NCBI GenBank assembly: GCA_002269645.1
Contig: NIVC01003382.1
Coordinates: 1 to 64,000, forward strand
Direction of reading: 5' to 3'
Source: Macrostomum lignano
Taxonomy: Eukaryota
DNA: 64,000 bases
Shown piece by piece: positions 1 to 13,000 of this stretch (position 1 is the first letter of the stretch; every line of letters begins with the position of its first letter). The notes beneath the pieces are model-generated. The model was not told the origin of the DNA and made no database searches. It saw only the letters and a list, made by a program, of their open reading frames with translations. Both the position numbers and the translations under genes were made by a program.

Positions 1-585
1 TAGATTAGAGTAGCTAGATGCCAGAGACTAGATTAGAGTCGCTAGGATGCCAGAGACTAGATTTAGAGTAGCTAGATGCCAGAGACTAGATTAGAGTCAC
101 TAGATGCAGAGACTAGATTAGAGTAGCTAGATGCCAGAGACTAGATTAGAGTCGCTAGCTAGATGCCAGAGACTAGATTAGAGTAGCTAGATGCAGAGAC
201 TAGATTAGAGTCGCTAGCTAGATGTCAGAGACTAGATTTAGAGTAGCTAGATGCCAGAGACTAGATTAGAGTCGCTAGCTAGATGCCAGAGACTAGATTA
301 GAGTCGCTAGCTAGATGCCAGAGACTAGATTAGAGTAGCTAGATGCCAGAGACTAGATTAGAGTAGCTAGATGCCAGAGACTAGATTAGAGTAGCTAGAT
401 GCCAGAGACTAGATTAGAGTAGCTAGATGCCAGAGACTAGATTAGAGTCGCTAGATGCCAGAGACTAGATTAGAGTAGCTAGATGCCAGAGACTAGATTA
501 GAGTAGCTAGATGCCAGAGACTAGATTAGAGTCGCTAGATGCCAGAGACTAGATTAGAGTAGCTAGATGCCAGAGAGACTAGATA
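1..585. repeat. ~28-bp tandem minisatellite (TAGATTAGAGTAGCTAGATGCCAGAGAC and variants), probably intronic in the ankyrin gene
   Basis: About 20 near-identical units visible; the array continues past the window start. Confidence 0.95.
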
Positions 586-603
586 GAGTTTAGAGTCCAA
601 CAC

Positions 604-1644
604 CATGCAGAAGAAAGTGACAGCAGAACTCACTGACAGGAGACTTGCCCGTCTGCAGGCAGTGGTACAGTATCAGGTGGAGCCCGTGCGTGCCGTGAAC
701 GTCTTTGGCCTCCAAGCTGCAGCCGAGCTCCGCAAAGGTTCTAAGAGGGGCAATAGAAATTGCTTCGTCAAGTGAAGGACATTCAATTTTTTTTATCATG
801 TAAGCTGTCATTTCTGACTCATCGCTCTCTTCTGATTCACAGTATCTAACTCATCTGTCTTCTCTGACCCATAAAATCTGACTCATTTGTCTTCTCTGAC
901 CCACAGTATGTGACTCATCTGTCTTCTCTGACCCATAAAATCTGACTCATCTATCTTCTCTGACCCATAGTATGTGACTCATCTCTATCTTCTCCGACTT
1001 ACAGTATGTGACTCATTTCTATGTTCTCTGACCCACAGTAGCTGAATCATCTTCTCTGACCCACAGCAGCTGACTCATCTTCTCTGACCCACAGTAGCTG
1101 AATCATCTTCTCTGACCCACAGTAGCCGAATCATCTTCTCTGACCCACAGTAGCTGACTCATCTTCTCTGACCCACAGTAGCTGACTCATCTTCTCTGAC
1201 CCGCAGTATGAGTCATCTTCTCTGACCCACAGTATGTAAATCATCTCTCTTCTCTGACCCGCAGTAGCTGACTCATCTTCTCTGACCCGCAGTATGTGAG
1301 TCATCTTCTCTGACCCACAGTAGTTGACTCATCTTCTCTGACCCACCGCATTTGACTCTTGTGAACCATATAACCCAGTTTATTGACGAACTTAATAAAT
1401 TGTTTGCGGTTCCTTAATATCTCATTTCCGACTAATCTCGAAATTCGCACCTAATTAACCCGCCGTGGCCCTCAGCAGCGGCCAGATGCAGGAGACTTCG
1501 CCCATCTTCATCCCGATAATCTGGCACGTTGTCGGAGGCTGACCGCTTCATCTTATCCAGACGCTTGGCGACACGCCGGAATCGACCCGACCGCGTGTAC
1601 TTAGCCAGCTTGCGCAGGTGACAAGACTCTCTTTGTCGCTTCAT
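604..1644 (-). CDS. Ankyrin-repeat protein, 5' part (exons 1644-1451 and 740-604); N-terminus resembles NFKBIL1-type proteins
   Basis: Spliced reading MKRQRESCHLRKLAKYTRSGRFRRVAKRL...DEDGRSLLHLAAAEGHGGLIR/TFAELGCSLEAKDVHGTHGLHL. The phase-2 intron (AG|GTGCGA...CTCTTAG|A) rebuilds an AGA codon in frame. Two ankyrin-like D-x-x-G-x-(S/H)-x-LH motifs. The exon-2 donor (GTGTTG) is weak, so 604 is tentative. Confidence 0.7.
850..1350. repeat. Degenerate 27-31-bp tandem repeat (GACTCATCTTCTCTGACCCACAGTA core) in ankyrin intron 1
   Basis: Repeated core visible about 17 times. Confidence 0.9.
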
Positions 1645-1764
1645 CGTTCCGCTGGAGCAGAGCTCAACAGGGGTAGCGCTGCAACCGCGTACATGTACAT
1701 AATATAGAGAATTATATACACATGGATAAGGGATTCTTCAATGCGTTTGATTAATCGAGGTTGG

Positions 1765-2660
1765 AAGGACATTCTCAAGGTTGAAGGAAGATTCTCAAGG
1801 TTGAAGGAAGATTCTCAAGGTTGCAGGGAGATTCTAAAGGTTGCAGGGAGATTCTCAAGTTTGCAGGGAGATTCTAAAGGTTGCAGGGGGATTCTCAAGG
1901 TTGCAGGGAGATTCTCAAGGTTGAAGGAAGATTCTCAAGGTTGCAGGGAGATTCTAAAGGTTGCAGGGGGATTCTCAAGGTTGCAGGGGGATTCTCAAGT
2001 TTGCAGGGAGATTCTAAAGGTCGCAGGGGGATTCTCAAGGTTGCAGGGAGATTCTAAAGGTTGCAGGGAGATTCTCAAGTTTGCAGGGAGATTCTAAAGG
2101 TTGCAGGGGGATTCTCAAGGTTGCAGGGAGATTCTCAAGGTTGAAGGAAGATTCTCAAGGTTGCAGGGAGATTCTCAAGGTTGCAGGGAGATTCTCAAGG
2201 TTAAAGGGAGATTCTAAAGGTTGCAGGGGGATTCTTAAGGTTGAAGGAACATTCTCAAGGTTGCAGGGAGATTCTCAAGTTTGCAGGGAGATTCTAAAGG
2301 TTGCAGGGGGATTCTCAAGGTTGCAGGGGGATTCTCAAGTTTGCAGGGGGATTCTCAAGGTTGCAGGGGGATTCTCAAGTTTGCAGGGAGATTCTAAAGG
2401 TCGCAGGGGGATTCTCAAGGTTGCAGGGAGATTCTCAAGTTTGCAGGGAGATTCTAAAGGTTGCAGGGGGATTCTCAAGGTTGAAGGAAGATTCTCAAGG
2501 TTGCAGGGAGATTCTCAAGTTTGCAGGGGGATTCTCAAGGTTGCAGGGGGATTCTCAAGGTTGCAGGGGGATTCTCAAGGTTGAAGGAAGATTCTCAAGG
2601 TTGCAGGGAGATTCTCAAGTTTGCAGGGAGATTCTAAAGGTTGCAGGGAGATTTTACAGG
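1765..2660. repeat. 20-bp minisatellite (TTGCAGGGAGATTCTCAAGG variants)
   Basis: The period of 20 aligns with the 60-nt lines; about 44 copies. The ORFs here are repeat artefacts. Confidence 0.97.
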
Positions 2661-3929
2661 CTGAAGTTAGACAAAACGACACAATTGCATCAAAATCTAG
2701 CAATTTCTTATTTCCGCAGAATGCAATACTACTATGGCTCAAATCTAATTCCATCAGTAATATTTACATAATTACAATAATTGTCCAAATCAAAAAGACT
2801 AATTTAACAAAAAGCAAGCCTTCGTTTCGCTACTGTTTTTCACTCGTTAACTTTGTGACTAGTTGATGCAGCAGTTTTTGTCTTTTATATATATATATAT
2901 GATAGGTATATGCACAAGTATATTTTTAATTTGAGAGTCGACCATGCCGAGCACATTATCGTTAAGTTTTAGGCTTTCATAGATTAATTTCTATGGCAGG
3001 AGATTAACTAATAGCTACACTGGGAGACAGATGCAGAGGGTTTGTATTTGAAGATTCCCTTGTATTTAAAGCAGGTTTATGTGACAATCTCTATGTTATG
3101 CAGTCACGTGGCCCAATGTTAATAAAACACATATAGTAATAATAAGTAAAGCAATATAGACATTCATAGAGTAACGGCGGTTATTTGAAAAATACCATGG
3201 TAAACATACGTAAGCAGAAGCGATATTGATTGCAAAGCGCGATATAAAACACAAACAAGAGAGAGAGATAGACAGACAGACAATACAAAACACATACACA
3301 ATGTGGCCAATAATGTACAACTGTTTAGGAGTGTGCTAGGGGCTAGGCTTATTTTACATAGCAAATAGGATTTTACTAAGCTATTGTCAAACCCTGATAT
3401 ATTCCGTTTAGAAAACATGAACAAGCCTATTGGTACAATTTTACATATTTAGAGAAGTCTAATATCTAATAATAATTGATTACACCTTCCCTAATAGGCA
3501 GCAAGGAGAAGGATGGGAATGGGAAACTACGTTTCTCAGAAAAAGTTAAGGAGGCTGGTTTTCGCCGAAAAATACACTACGGAGATAGGAAGTCTTCAAA
3601 TTTTCAGCACAAAAATTGTTATTGCTTTCAATAGGAGGCAAATCCAATGTTCATCTTTTGATATGTTGTGCCTTTCTTATTGCTCTATCGATATTCAGGA
3701 AGCTTTTCGTTTAGAAAATTAGGATTCTATGTTAAATTTTCATTCGACACACATTCCCTGTACCTAAATCATAAAAAATGCATGGCACAACTTGGCTCTT
3801 TAGTTTTATGAATATAATCATTTCACAGATTTTATCATTTCTGTTACACATATTGTCACACAATGAGATAAGAAGGATAAAATAGATAAATAGTCCCTAT
3901 CTCCGTAGTGTATTTTTCGGTAAAAAACC

Positions 3930-4261
3930 AGCCTCTATTTCTAATAAAAGTAGTTCCCCGCCCTTCTACTCGAGTTGTGCTTGATGGCCAGATGTGCAAC
4001 CGACAGCTCAGCCGCAGCTATTGCGCGGCGCATCTGAAGGCTGCGTACGGCTGTTCAGTCCAAGGACTGGGGGGTCGCCACACACCCCTCAATTACCCAA
4101 GCTAGCTAATGCTGGCACCCATTTTACAGCTGGGTGAACTGAAACAATGCAAAGAGTTTAATGTCTTTCTCAAGGACACAAATTGTACCGATTGGGTCGA
4201 GAATCGAACCCCCGACCTTTCAGTCGCGACTCCGACGCTCTAACCACTGGGCTACATCCCC
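3930..4261 (-). mobile_element. tRNA-derived SINE with CORE-like central domain
   Basis: Minus-strand head GGGATGTAGCCCAGTGG (A box)...GGTTCGATTCT (B box) without a pairing acceptor stem. It is followed by GTCCTTGAGAAAGACATTAAACTC...CAGTTCACCCAGCTGTAAAATGGG, which resembles the CORE-SINE consensus. Confidence 0.65.
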
Positions 4262-5199
4262 TTCTTATAGAAGTCTGACTGTGCTAAGGTTCAACCAGTC
4301 CCTGCCCTCCATAATAAGTCCAATCTAATTACCTACATGGTGGACCTGCCCGCTCTCCTTGACACCCGTGCAGTCGATGCAACACCGCAGCAAGATTGCG
4401 AAATATTCGACAAGGAAAATTCGATATAAATAAAATGGCTGTACAGACGGATACACACGCACAGAACTAAAAAAACAATAAAAGACAAATCGATCTAATA
4501 ACAACAACAATGCAATCCCATTCGATGCATTTGTACAAGCTAGATAAATAAACCGATCAAGCGAAGCAACAAACAACAATTTTGAAATAAATTTTGATTT
4601 ATTTCGCCCGTCCTTAAACTTCGAACAGCCGGGTGAATGCTTAGTTGAGATCGGCTAGGACTATAAAACAGATTTAACCAAGTCACGCTGAGAATCTCTA
4701 ATTAAAGAGATTTCGAAAATCAGTTGAAGAAGCGGATTGTGAAACTTCAGAATAGTTAATGATTGAGGCCAAGGTTATACACAGAGCTCTCATCGAATTA
4801 CTAGGCTGGCCAATTCAAAGCGGAAACAATATGGGACAGAACACCATTAGATAAACAAGCAGGCAAAAATGAAACAACAAACTGTAAGAATAAACGCATG
4901 TCAGTATTATATAATATATAATAATAACTAAATATAAGCTACATTAGCGCAGACAAACGAAAACAAGCATAGTTAATGAAGCTCTGCCAGCTCTCTGAGT
5001 CTTGGTTCCAAGCAATAACAAAGACCTACGCGCTTGCTGCACTGGGATAGGGAGATCAATAAATGAAACACACGTAAGCAAACGTGCTAAGTTGCATATT
5101 GTTGGGCTAACCGCTGAGACTAAATATGAAGACGGCACAGATGGGAATAAAAAACAAAAAACGCTTCAGTTAACTTGGGCGGTTCTCTAGAAGTTGGGG

Positions 5200-6740
5200 C
5201 TTGAATTTGGGATTCTAAGCACTGAAGTTGGGATTCTAAGCACTGAAGTTGGGATTCTAAGCACTGAAGTTGGGATTCTAAGCACTGAAGTAGGGATTCT
5301 AAGCACTGAAGTTGGGATTCTAAGCACTGAAGTTGGGATTCTTCTAAGCACTGAAGTTGGGATTCTAAGCACTGAAGTTGGGATTCTAAGCACTGCAGTT
5401 GGGATTCTAAGCACTGAAGTTGGGATTCTTCTAAGCACTGAAGTTAATATTCTAAGCACTGAAGTTGGGATTCTAAGCACTGAAGTTGGGATTCTAAGCA
5501 CTGAAGTTGGGATTCTTCTAAGCACTGAAGTTGGGATTCTAAGCACTGAAGTTGGGATTCTAAGCACTGCAGTTGGGATTCTAAGCACTGAAGTTGGGAT
5601 TCTAAGCACTGAAGTTGGGATTCTAAGCACTGAAGTTGGGATTCTTCTAAGCACTGAAGTTGGGATTCTAAGCACTGAAGTTTGGATTCTAAGCACTGAA
5701 GTTGGGATTCTAAGCACTGAAGTTGGGATTCTTCTAAGCACTGAAGTTGGGATTCTAAGCACTGAAGTTGGGATTCTTCTAAGCACTGAAGTTGGGATTC
5801 TAAGCACTGAAGTTGGGATTCTAAGCACTGCAGTTGGGATTCTAAGCACTGCAGTTGGGATTCTTCTAAGCACTGAAGTTGGGATTCTAAGCACTGAAGT
5901 TGGGATTCTAAGCACTGCAGTTGGGATTCTAAGCACTGAAGTTGGGATTCTAAGCACTGAAGTTGGGATTCTAAGCACTGAAGTTGGGATTCTAAGCACT
6001 GCAGTTGGGATTCTAAGCACTGAAGTTGGGATTCTTCTAAGCACTGCAGTTGGGATTCTTCTAAGCACTGAAGTTGGGATTCTTCTAAGCACTGAAGTTG
6101 GGATTCTAAGCACTGAAGTTGGGATTCTAAGCACTGAAGTTGGGATTCTAAGCACTGAAGTTGGGATTCTAAGCACTGCAGTTGGGATTCTTCTAAGCAC
6201 TGCAGTTGGGATTCTTCTAAGCACTGCAGTTGGGATTCTTCTAAGCACTGAAGTTGGGATTCTAAGCACTGAAGTTGGGATTCTAAGCACTGAAGTTGGG
6301 ATTCTAAGCACTGAAGTTGGGATTCTAAGCACTGAAGTTGGGATTCTAAGCACTGAAGTTGGGATTCTAAGCACTGCAGTTGGGATTCTAAGCACTGCAG
6401 TTGGGATTCTAAGCACTGAAGTTGGGATTCTTCTAAGCACTGAAGTTGGGATTCTTCTAAGCATTGAAGTTGGGATTCTAAGCACTGAAGTTGGGATTCT
6501 TCTAAGCACTGCAGTTGAAATTCTAAGCACTGCAGTTGGGATTCTTCTAAGCACTGCAGTTGGGATTCTAAGCACTGCAGTTGGGATTCTTCTAAGCACT
6601 GCAGTTGGGATTCTAAGCACTGAAGTTGGGATTCTAAGCACTGCAGTTGGGATTCTAAGCACTGCAGTTGGGATTCTACGCTTGTAAGCACTGCAGTTGG
6701 AATTATAGGCCTTCAAGCTGAGATTCCAAGCACTGAAATT
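5200..6740. repeat. 21/24-bp minisatellite (GGGATTCTAAGCACTGAAGTT, with or without CTT)
   Basis: About 70 copies; unit lengths are multiples of 3, which explains the long spurious ORFs. Confidence 0.97.
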
Positions 6741-7063
6741 GGGATTTTACGAGAGTAAACTTCTAATACAGAGTTCTAGTAATTAAATAAATTTAATCAA
6801 CCTTTTCCTTCAAGCTCAAGAAGACCTGTGGAGTTCACCCGAAGAAGCAATGCATTCTGCGCAAGCGAAAACATATAAATAAGACAATTCAGTAGCAAGG
6901 GCCAGATAGGACACAAAAAACTTAGGAGAGAAAGCCTGATGGGTTTATTAGAGAGCATCAGAAATCCAAGCACAAATGATTCAACACTGGTCTATAAGAG
7001 CAAGAGAGGCGGAGCGCATAAAGCCGCAAGAGGCGACAAGGCCAACTGGGAGACACAGGTCAG

Positions 7064-10000
7064 TCAGGGTGCAGAGCCGCCCTCGCCACCGCCAGACTGA
7101 TCGCCCCCGAAGCTCTTGGTCTTGGACAGCAGCATCTCCGCTATGAGGGTGTTGCGGGGGATTTTGCCAGTGCGCAGCTTGTCAGTCAGGTAGCATTCCA
7201 GCTTGAAGGCCAGGTACTTGATCTCCGGCAGTCTCAACAGAATCTTGCCAAATTTGTCCGCCTGCTGCGGCGAATTCTCCAGGATATAGTCCAACAGTGA
7301 GCAGCTGATTTTGAACTCAACAGTGCTTACAAAGTCCGCGTTGTGCTTTAGCATGATGTCTGCAGTGCGATTGGGGTAGGCGGATTGTGTTTGCTTCTGT
7401 CTGTCTGCCTTAGTGTCTACCTGTCTGTCTGCCCTAGTGTCCACCTGTGTGTCTGTCTGCCCTAGTGTCTACCTGTGTGTCTGTCTGCCTTAGTGTCTAC
7501 CTGTGTGTCTGTCTGCCTTAGTGTCTACCTGTGTGTCTGTCTGCCTTAGTGTCTACCTGTGTGTCTGTCTGCCTTAGTGTCTACCTGTGTGTCTGTCTGC
7601 CCTAGTGTCTACCTGTGTGTCTGTCTGCCTAGTGTCTACCTGTGTGTCTGTCTGCCTTAGTGTCTACCTGTGTGTCTGTCTGCCTTAGTGTCTACCTGTG
7701 TGTCTGTCTGCCTTAGTGTCTACCTGTGTGTCTGTCTGCCTTAGTGTCTACCTGTGTGTCTGTCTGCCTAGTGTCTACCTGTGTGTCTGTCTGCCTTAGT
7801 GTCTACCTGTGTGTCTGTCTGCCTTAGTGTCTACCTGTGTGTCTGTCTGCCTTAGTGTCTACCTGTGTGTCTGTCTGCCTTAGTGTCTACCTGTGTGTCT
7901 AATTGCTTAGTGTCTACCTGTGTGTCTGTCTGCCTTAGTGTCTACATGTCTGTCTGCCTTAGTGTCTACCTGTGTGTCTGTCTGCCCTAGTGTCTACCTG
8001 TGTGTCTGTCTGCCTTAGTGTCTACCTGTGTGTCTGTCTGCCTTAGTGTCTACCTGTGTGTCTGTCTGCCTTAGTGTCTACCTGTGTGTCTGTCTGCCTT
8101 AGTGTCTACATGTCTGTCTGCCTTAGTGTCTACCTGTGTGTCTGTCTGCCCTAGTGTCTACCTGTGTGTCTGTCTGCCTTAGTGTCTACCTGTGTGTCTG
8201 TCTGCCTTAGTGTCTACCTGTGTGTCTGTCTGCCTTAGTGTCTACCTGTGTGTCTGTCTGCCTTAGTGTCTACCTGTGTGTCTGTCTGCCTTAGTGTCTA
8301 CCTGTGTGTCTGTCTGCCTTAGTGTCTACCTGTGTGTCTGTCTGCCTTAGTGTCTACCTGTGTGTCTGTCTGCCTTAGTGTCTACCTGTGTGTCTGTCTG
8401 CCTTAGTGTCTACCTGTGTGTCTGTCTGCCTAGTGTCTACCTGTGTGTCTGTCTGCCTTAGTGTCTACCTGTGTGTCTGTCTGCCTTAGTGTCTACCTGT
8501 GTGTCTGTCTGCCTTAGTGTCTACCTGTGTGTCTGTCTGCCTAGTGTCTACCTGTGTGTCTGTCTGCCTTAGTGTCTACCTGTGTGTCTGTCTGCCTTAG
8601 TGTCTACCTGTGTGTCTGTCTGCCTTAGTGTCTACCTGTGTGTCTGGTTGCCTTAGTGTCTACCTGTGTGTCTGTCTGCCTTAGTGTCTGCATGTCTGTC
8701 TGCCTTAGTGTCTACCTGTGTGTCTGTCTGCCCTAGTGTCTACCTGTGTGTCTGTCTGCCTTAGTGTCTACCTGTGTGTCTGTCTGCCTTAGTGTCTACC
8801 TGTGTGTCTGTCTGCCTTAGTGTCTACCTGTGTGTCTGTCTGCCTTAGTGTCTACCTGTGTGTCTGTCTGCCTTAGTGTCTACCTGTGTGTCTGTCTGCC
8901 TTAGTGTCTACCTGTGTGTCTGTCTGCCTTAGTGTCTACCTGTGTGTCTGTCTGCCTTAGTGTCTACCTGTGTGTCTGTCTGCCTAGTGTCTACCTGTGT
9001 GTCTGTCTGCCTTAGTGTCTACCTGTGTGTCTGTCTGCCTTAGTGTCTACCTGTGTGTCTGTCTGCCTTAGTGTCTACCTGTGTGTCTGTCTGCCTTAGT
9101 GTCTACCTGTGTGTCTGTCTGCCTTAGTGTCTACCTGTGTGTCTGTCTGCCTTAGTGTCTACCTGTGTGTCTGTCTGCCCTAGTGTCTACCTGTGTGTCT
9201 GTCTGCCTAGTGTCTACCTGTGTGTCTGTCTGCCTTAGTGTCTACCTGTGTGTCTGTCTGCCTTAGTGTCTACCTGTGTGTCTGTCTGCCTTAGTGTCTA
9301 CCTGTGTGTCTGTCTGCCTTAGTGTCTACCTGTGTGTCTGTCTGCCTTAGTGTCTACCTGTGTGTCTGTCTGCCTTAGTGTCTACCTGTCTGTCTGCCTT
9401 AGTGTCTACCTGTGTGTCTGTCTGCCTAGTGTCTACCTGTGTGTCTGTCTGCCTTAGTGTCTACCTGTGTGTCTGTCTGCCTTAGTGTCTACCTGTGTGT
9501 CTGTCTGCCTTAGTGTCTACCTGTGTGTCTGTCTGCCTTAGTGTCTACCTGTGTGTCTGTCTGCCTTAGTGTCTACCTGTGTGTCTGTCTGCCTTAGTGT
9601 CTACCTGTGTGTCTGTCTGCCTTAGTGTCTACCTGTGTGTCTGTCTGCCTTAGTGTCTACCTGTGTGTCTGTCTGCCTTAGTGTCTACCTGTGTGTCTGT
9701 CTGCCTTAGTGTCTACCTGTGTGTCTGTCTGCCTAGTGTCTACCTGTGTGTCTGTCTGCCTTAGTGTCTACCTGTGTGTCTGTCTGCCTTAGTGTCTACC
9801 TGTGTGTCTGTCTGCCTTAGTGTCTACCTGTGTGTCTGTCTGCCTTAGTGTCTACCTGTGTGTCTGTCTGCCTTAGTGTCTACCTGTGTGTCTGTCTGCC
9901 TTAGTGTCTACCTGTGTGTCTGTCTGCCTTAGTGTCTACCTGTGTGTCTGTCTGCCTTAGTGTCTACCTGTGTGTCTGTCTGCCTTAGTGTCTACCTGTG

Positions 10001-13000
10001 TGTCTGTCTGCCTTAGTGTCTACCTGTGTGTCTGTCTGCCTTAGTGTCTACCTGTGTGTCTGTCTGCCTTAGTGTCTACCTGTGTGTCTGTCTGCCTTAG
10101 TGTCTACCTGTGTGTCTGTCTGCCTTAGTGTCTACCTGTGTGTCTGTCTGCCTTAGTGTCTACCTGTGTGTCTGTCTGCCTTAGTGTCTACCTGTGTGTC
10201 TGTCTGCCTTAGTGTCTACCTGTGTGTCTGTCTGCCTTAGTGTCTACCTGTGTGTCTGTCTGCCTTAGTGTCTACCTGTGTGTCTGTCTGCCTTAGTGTC
10301 TACCTGTGTGTCTGTCTGCCTTAGTGTCTACCTGTGTGTCTGTCTGCCTTAGTGTCTACCTGTGTGTCTGTCTGCCTTAGTGTCTACCTGTGTGTCTGTC
10401 TGCCTTAGTGTCTACCTGTGTGTCTGTCTGCCTTAGTGTCTACCTGTGTGTCTGTCTGCCTTAGTGTCTACCTGTGTGTCTGTCTGCCTTAGTGTCTACC
10501 TGTGTGTCTGTCTGCCTTAGTGTCTACCTGTGTGTCTGTCTGCCTTAGTGTCTACCTGTGTGTCTGTCTGCCTTAGTGTCTACCTGTGTGTCTGTCTGCC
10601 TTAGTGTCTACCTGTGTGTCTGTCTGCCTTAGTGTCTACCTGTGTGTCTGTCTGCCTTAGTGTCTACCTGTGTGTCTGTCTGCCTTAGTGTCTACCTGTG
10701 TGTCTGTCTGCCTTAGTGTCTACCTGTGTGTCTGTCTGCCTAGTGTCTACCTGTGTGTCTGTCTGCCTTAGTGTCTACCTGTGTGTCTGTCTGCCTTAGT
10801 GTCTACCTGTGTGTCTGTCTGCCTTAGTGTCTACCTGTGTGTCTGTCTGCCTTAGTGTCTACCTGTGTGTCTGTCTGCCTTAGTGTCTACCTGTGTGTCT
10901 GTCTGCCTTAGTGTCTACCTGTGTGTCTGTCTGCCTTAGTGTCTACCTGTGTGTCTGTCTGCCTTAGTGTCTACCTGTGTGTCTGTCTGCCTTAGTGTCT
11001 ACCTGTGTGTCTGTCTGCCTTAGTGTCTACCTGTGTGTCTGTCTGCCTTAGTGTCTACCTGTGTGTCTGTCTGCCTTAGTGTCTACCTGTGTGTCTGTCT
11101 GCCTTAGTGTCTACCTGTGTGTCTGTCTGCCTTAGTGTCTACCTGTGTGTCTGTCTGCCTTAGTGTCTACCTGTGTGTCTGTCTGCCTTAGTGTCTACCT
11201 GTGTGTCTGTCTGCCTTAGTGTCTACCTGTGTGTCTGTCTGCCTAGTGTCTACCTGTGTGTCTGTCTGCCTTAGTGTCTACCTGTGTGTCTGTCTGCCTT
11301 AGTGTCTACCTGTGTGTCTGTCTGCCTTAGTGTCTACCTGTGTGTCTGTCTGCCTTAGTGTCTACCTGTGTGTCTGTCTGCCTTAGTGTCTACCTGTGTG
11401 TCTGTCTGCCTTAGTGTCTACCTGTGTGTCTGTCTGCCTTAGTGTCTACCTGTGTGTCTGTCTGCCTTAGTGTCTACCTGTGTGTCTGTCTGCCTTAGTG
11501 TCTACCTGTGTGTCTGTCTGCCTTAGTGTCTACCTGTGTGTCTGTCTGCCTTAGTGTCTACCTGTGTGTCTGTCTGCCTTAGTGTCTACCTGTGTGTCTG
11601 TCTGCCTTAGTGTCTACCTGTGTGTCTGTCTGCCTTAGTGTCTACCTGTGTGTCTGTCTGCCTTAGTGTCTACCTGTGTGTCTGTCTGCCTTAGTGTCTA
11701 CCTGTGTGTCTGTCTGCCTTAGTGTCTACCTGTGTGTCTGTCTGCCTTAGTGTCTACCTGTGTGTCTGTCTGCCTTAGTGTCTACCTGTGTGTCTGTCTG
11801 CCTTAGTGTCTACCTGTGTGTCTGTCTGCCTTAGTGTCTACCTGTGTGTCTGTCTGCCTAGTGTCTACCTGTGTGTCTGTCTGCCTTAGTGTCTACCTGT
11901 GTGTCTGTCTGCCTTAGTGTCTACCTGTGTGTCTGTCTGCCTTAGTGTCTACCTGTGTGTCTGTCTGCCTTAGTGTCTACCTGTGTGTCTGTCTGCCTTA
12001 GTGTCTACCTGTGTGTCTGTCTGCCTTAGTGTCTACCTGTGTGTCTGTCTGCCTTAGTGTCTACCTGTGTGTCTGTCTGCCTTAGTGTCTACCTGTGTGT
12101 CTGTCTGCCTTAGTGTCTACCTGTGTGTCTGTCTGCCTTAGTGTCTACCTGTGTGTCTGTCTGCCTTAGTGTCTACCTGTGTGTCTGTCTGCCTTAGTGT
12201 CTACCTGTGTGTCTGTCTGCCTTAGTGTCTACCTGTGTGTCTGTCTGCCTTAGTGTCTACCTGTGTGTCTGTCTGCCTTAGTGTCTACCTGTGTGTCTGT
12301 CTGCCTTAGTGTCTACCTGTGTGTCTGTCTGCCTTAGTGTCTACCTGTGTGTCTGTCTGCCTTAGTGTCTACCTGTGTGTCTGTCTGCCTTAGTGTCTAC
12401 CTGTGTGTCTGTCTGCCTTAGTGTCTACCTGTGTGTCTGTCTGCCTTAGTGTCTACCTGTGTGTCTGTCTGCCTTAGTGTCTACCTGTGTGTCTGTCTGC
12501 CTTAGTGTCTACCTGTGTGTCTGTCTGCCTTAGTGTCTACCTGTGTGTCTGTCTGCCTTAGTGTCTACCTGTGTGTCTGTCTGCCTTAGTGTCTACCTGT
12601 GTGTCTGTCTGCCTTAGTGTCTACCTGTGTGTCTGTCTGCCTTAGTGTCTACCTGTGTGTCTGTCTGCCTTAGTGTCTACCTGTGTGTCTGTCTGCCTTA
12701 GTGTCTACCTGTGTGTCTGTCTGCCTTAGTGTCTACCTGTGTGTCTGTCTGCCTTAGTGTCTACCTGTGTGTCTGTCTGCCTTAGTGTCTACCTGTGTGT
12801 CTGTCTGCCTTAGTGTCTACCTGTGTGTCTGTCTGCCTTAGTGTCTACCTGTGTGTCTGTCTGCCTTAGTGTCTACCTGTGTGTCTGTCTGCCTTAGTGT
12901 CTACCTGTGTGTCTGTCTGCCTTAGTGTCTACCTGTGTGTCTGTCTGCCTTAGTGTCTACCTGTGTGTCTGTCTGCCTTAGTGTCTACCTGTGTGTCTGT

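Noticed and set aside
1741-2771. Repetitive ORFs in the 20-bp array
   Set aside because: Satellite translation artefacts.
4192-4261. Possible tRNA gene
   Set aside because: The acceptor stem does not pair and the sequence continues into a SINE body.
5187-6716. 400-500-aa ORFs on both strands (GILSTEV / RIPTSVL / LESQLQC repeats)
   Set aside because: They are a consequence of a 21/24-bp satellite with units in multiples of 3 and no stops; there is no unique coding flank or codon bias.
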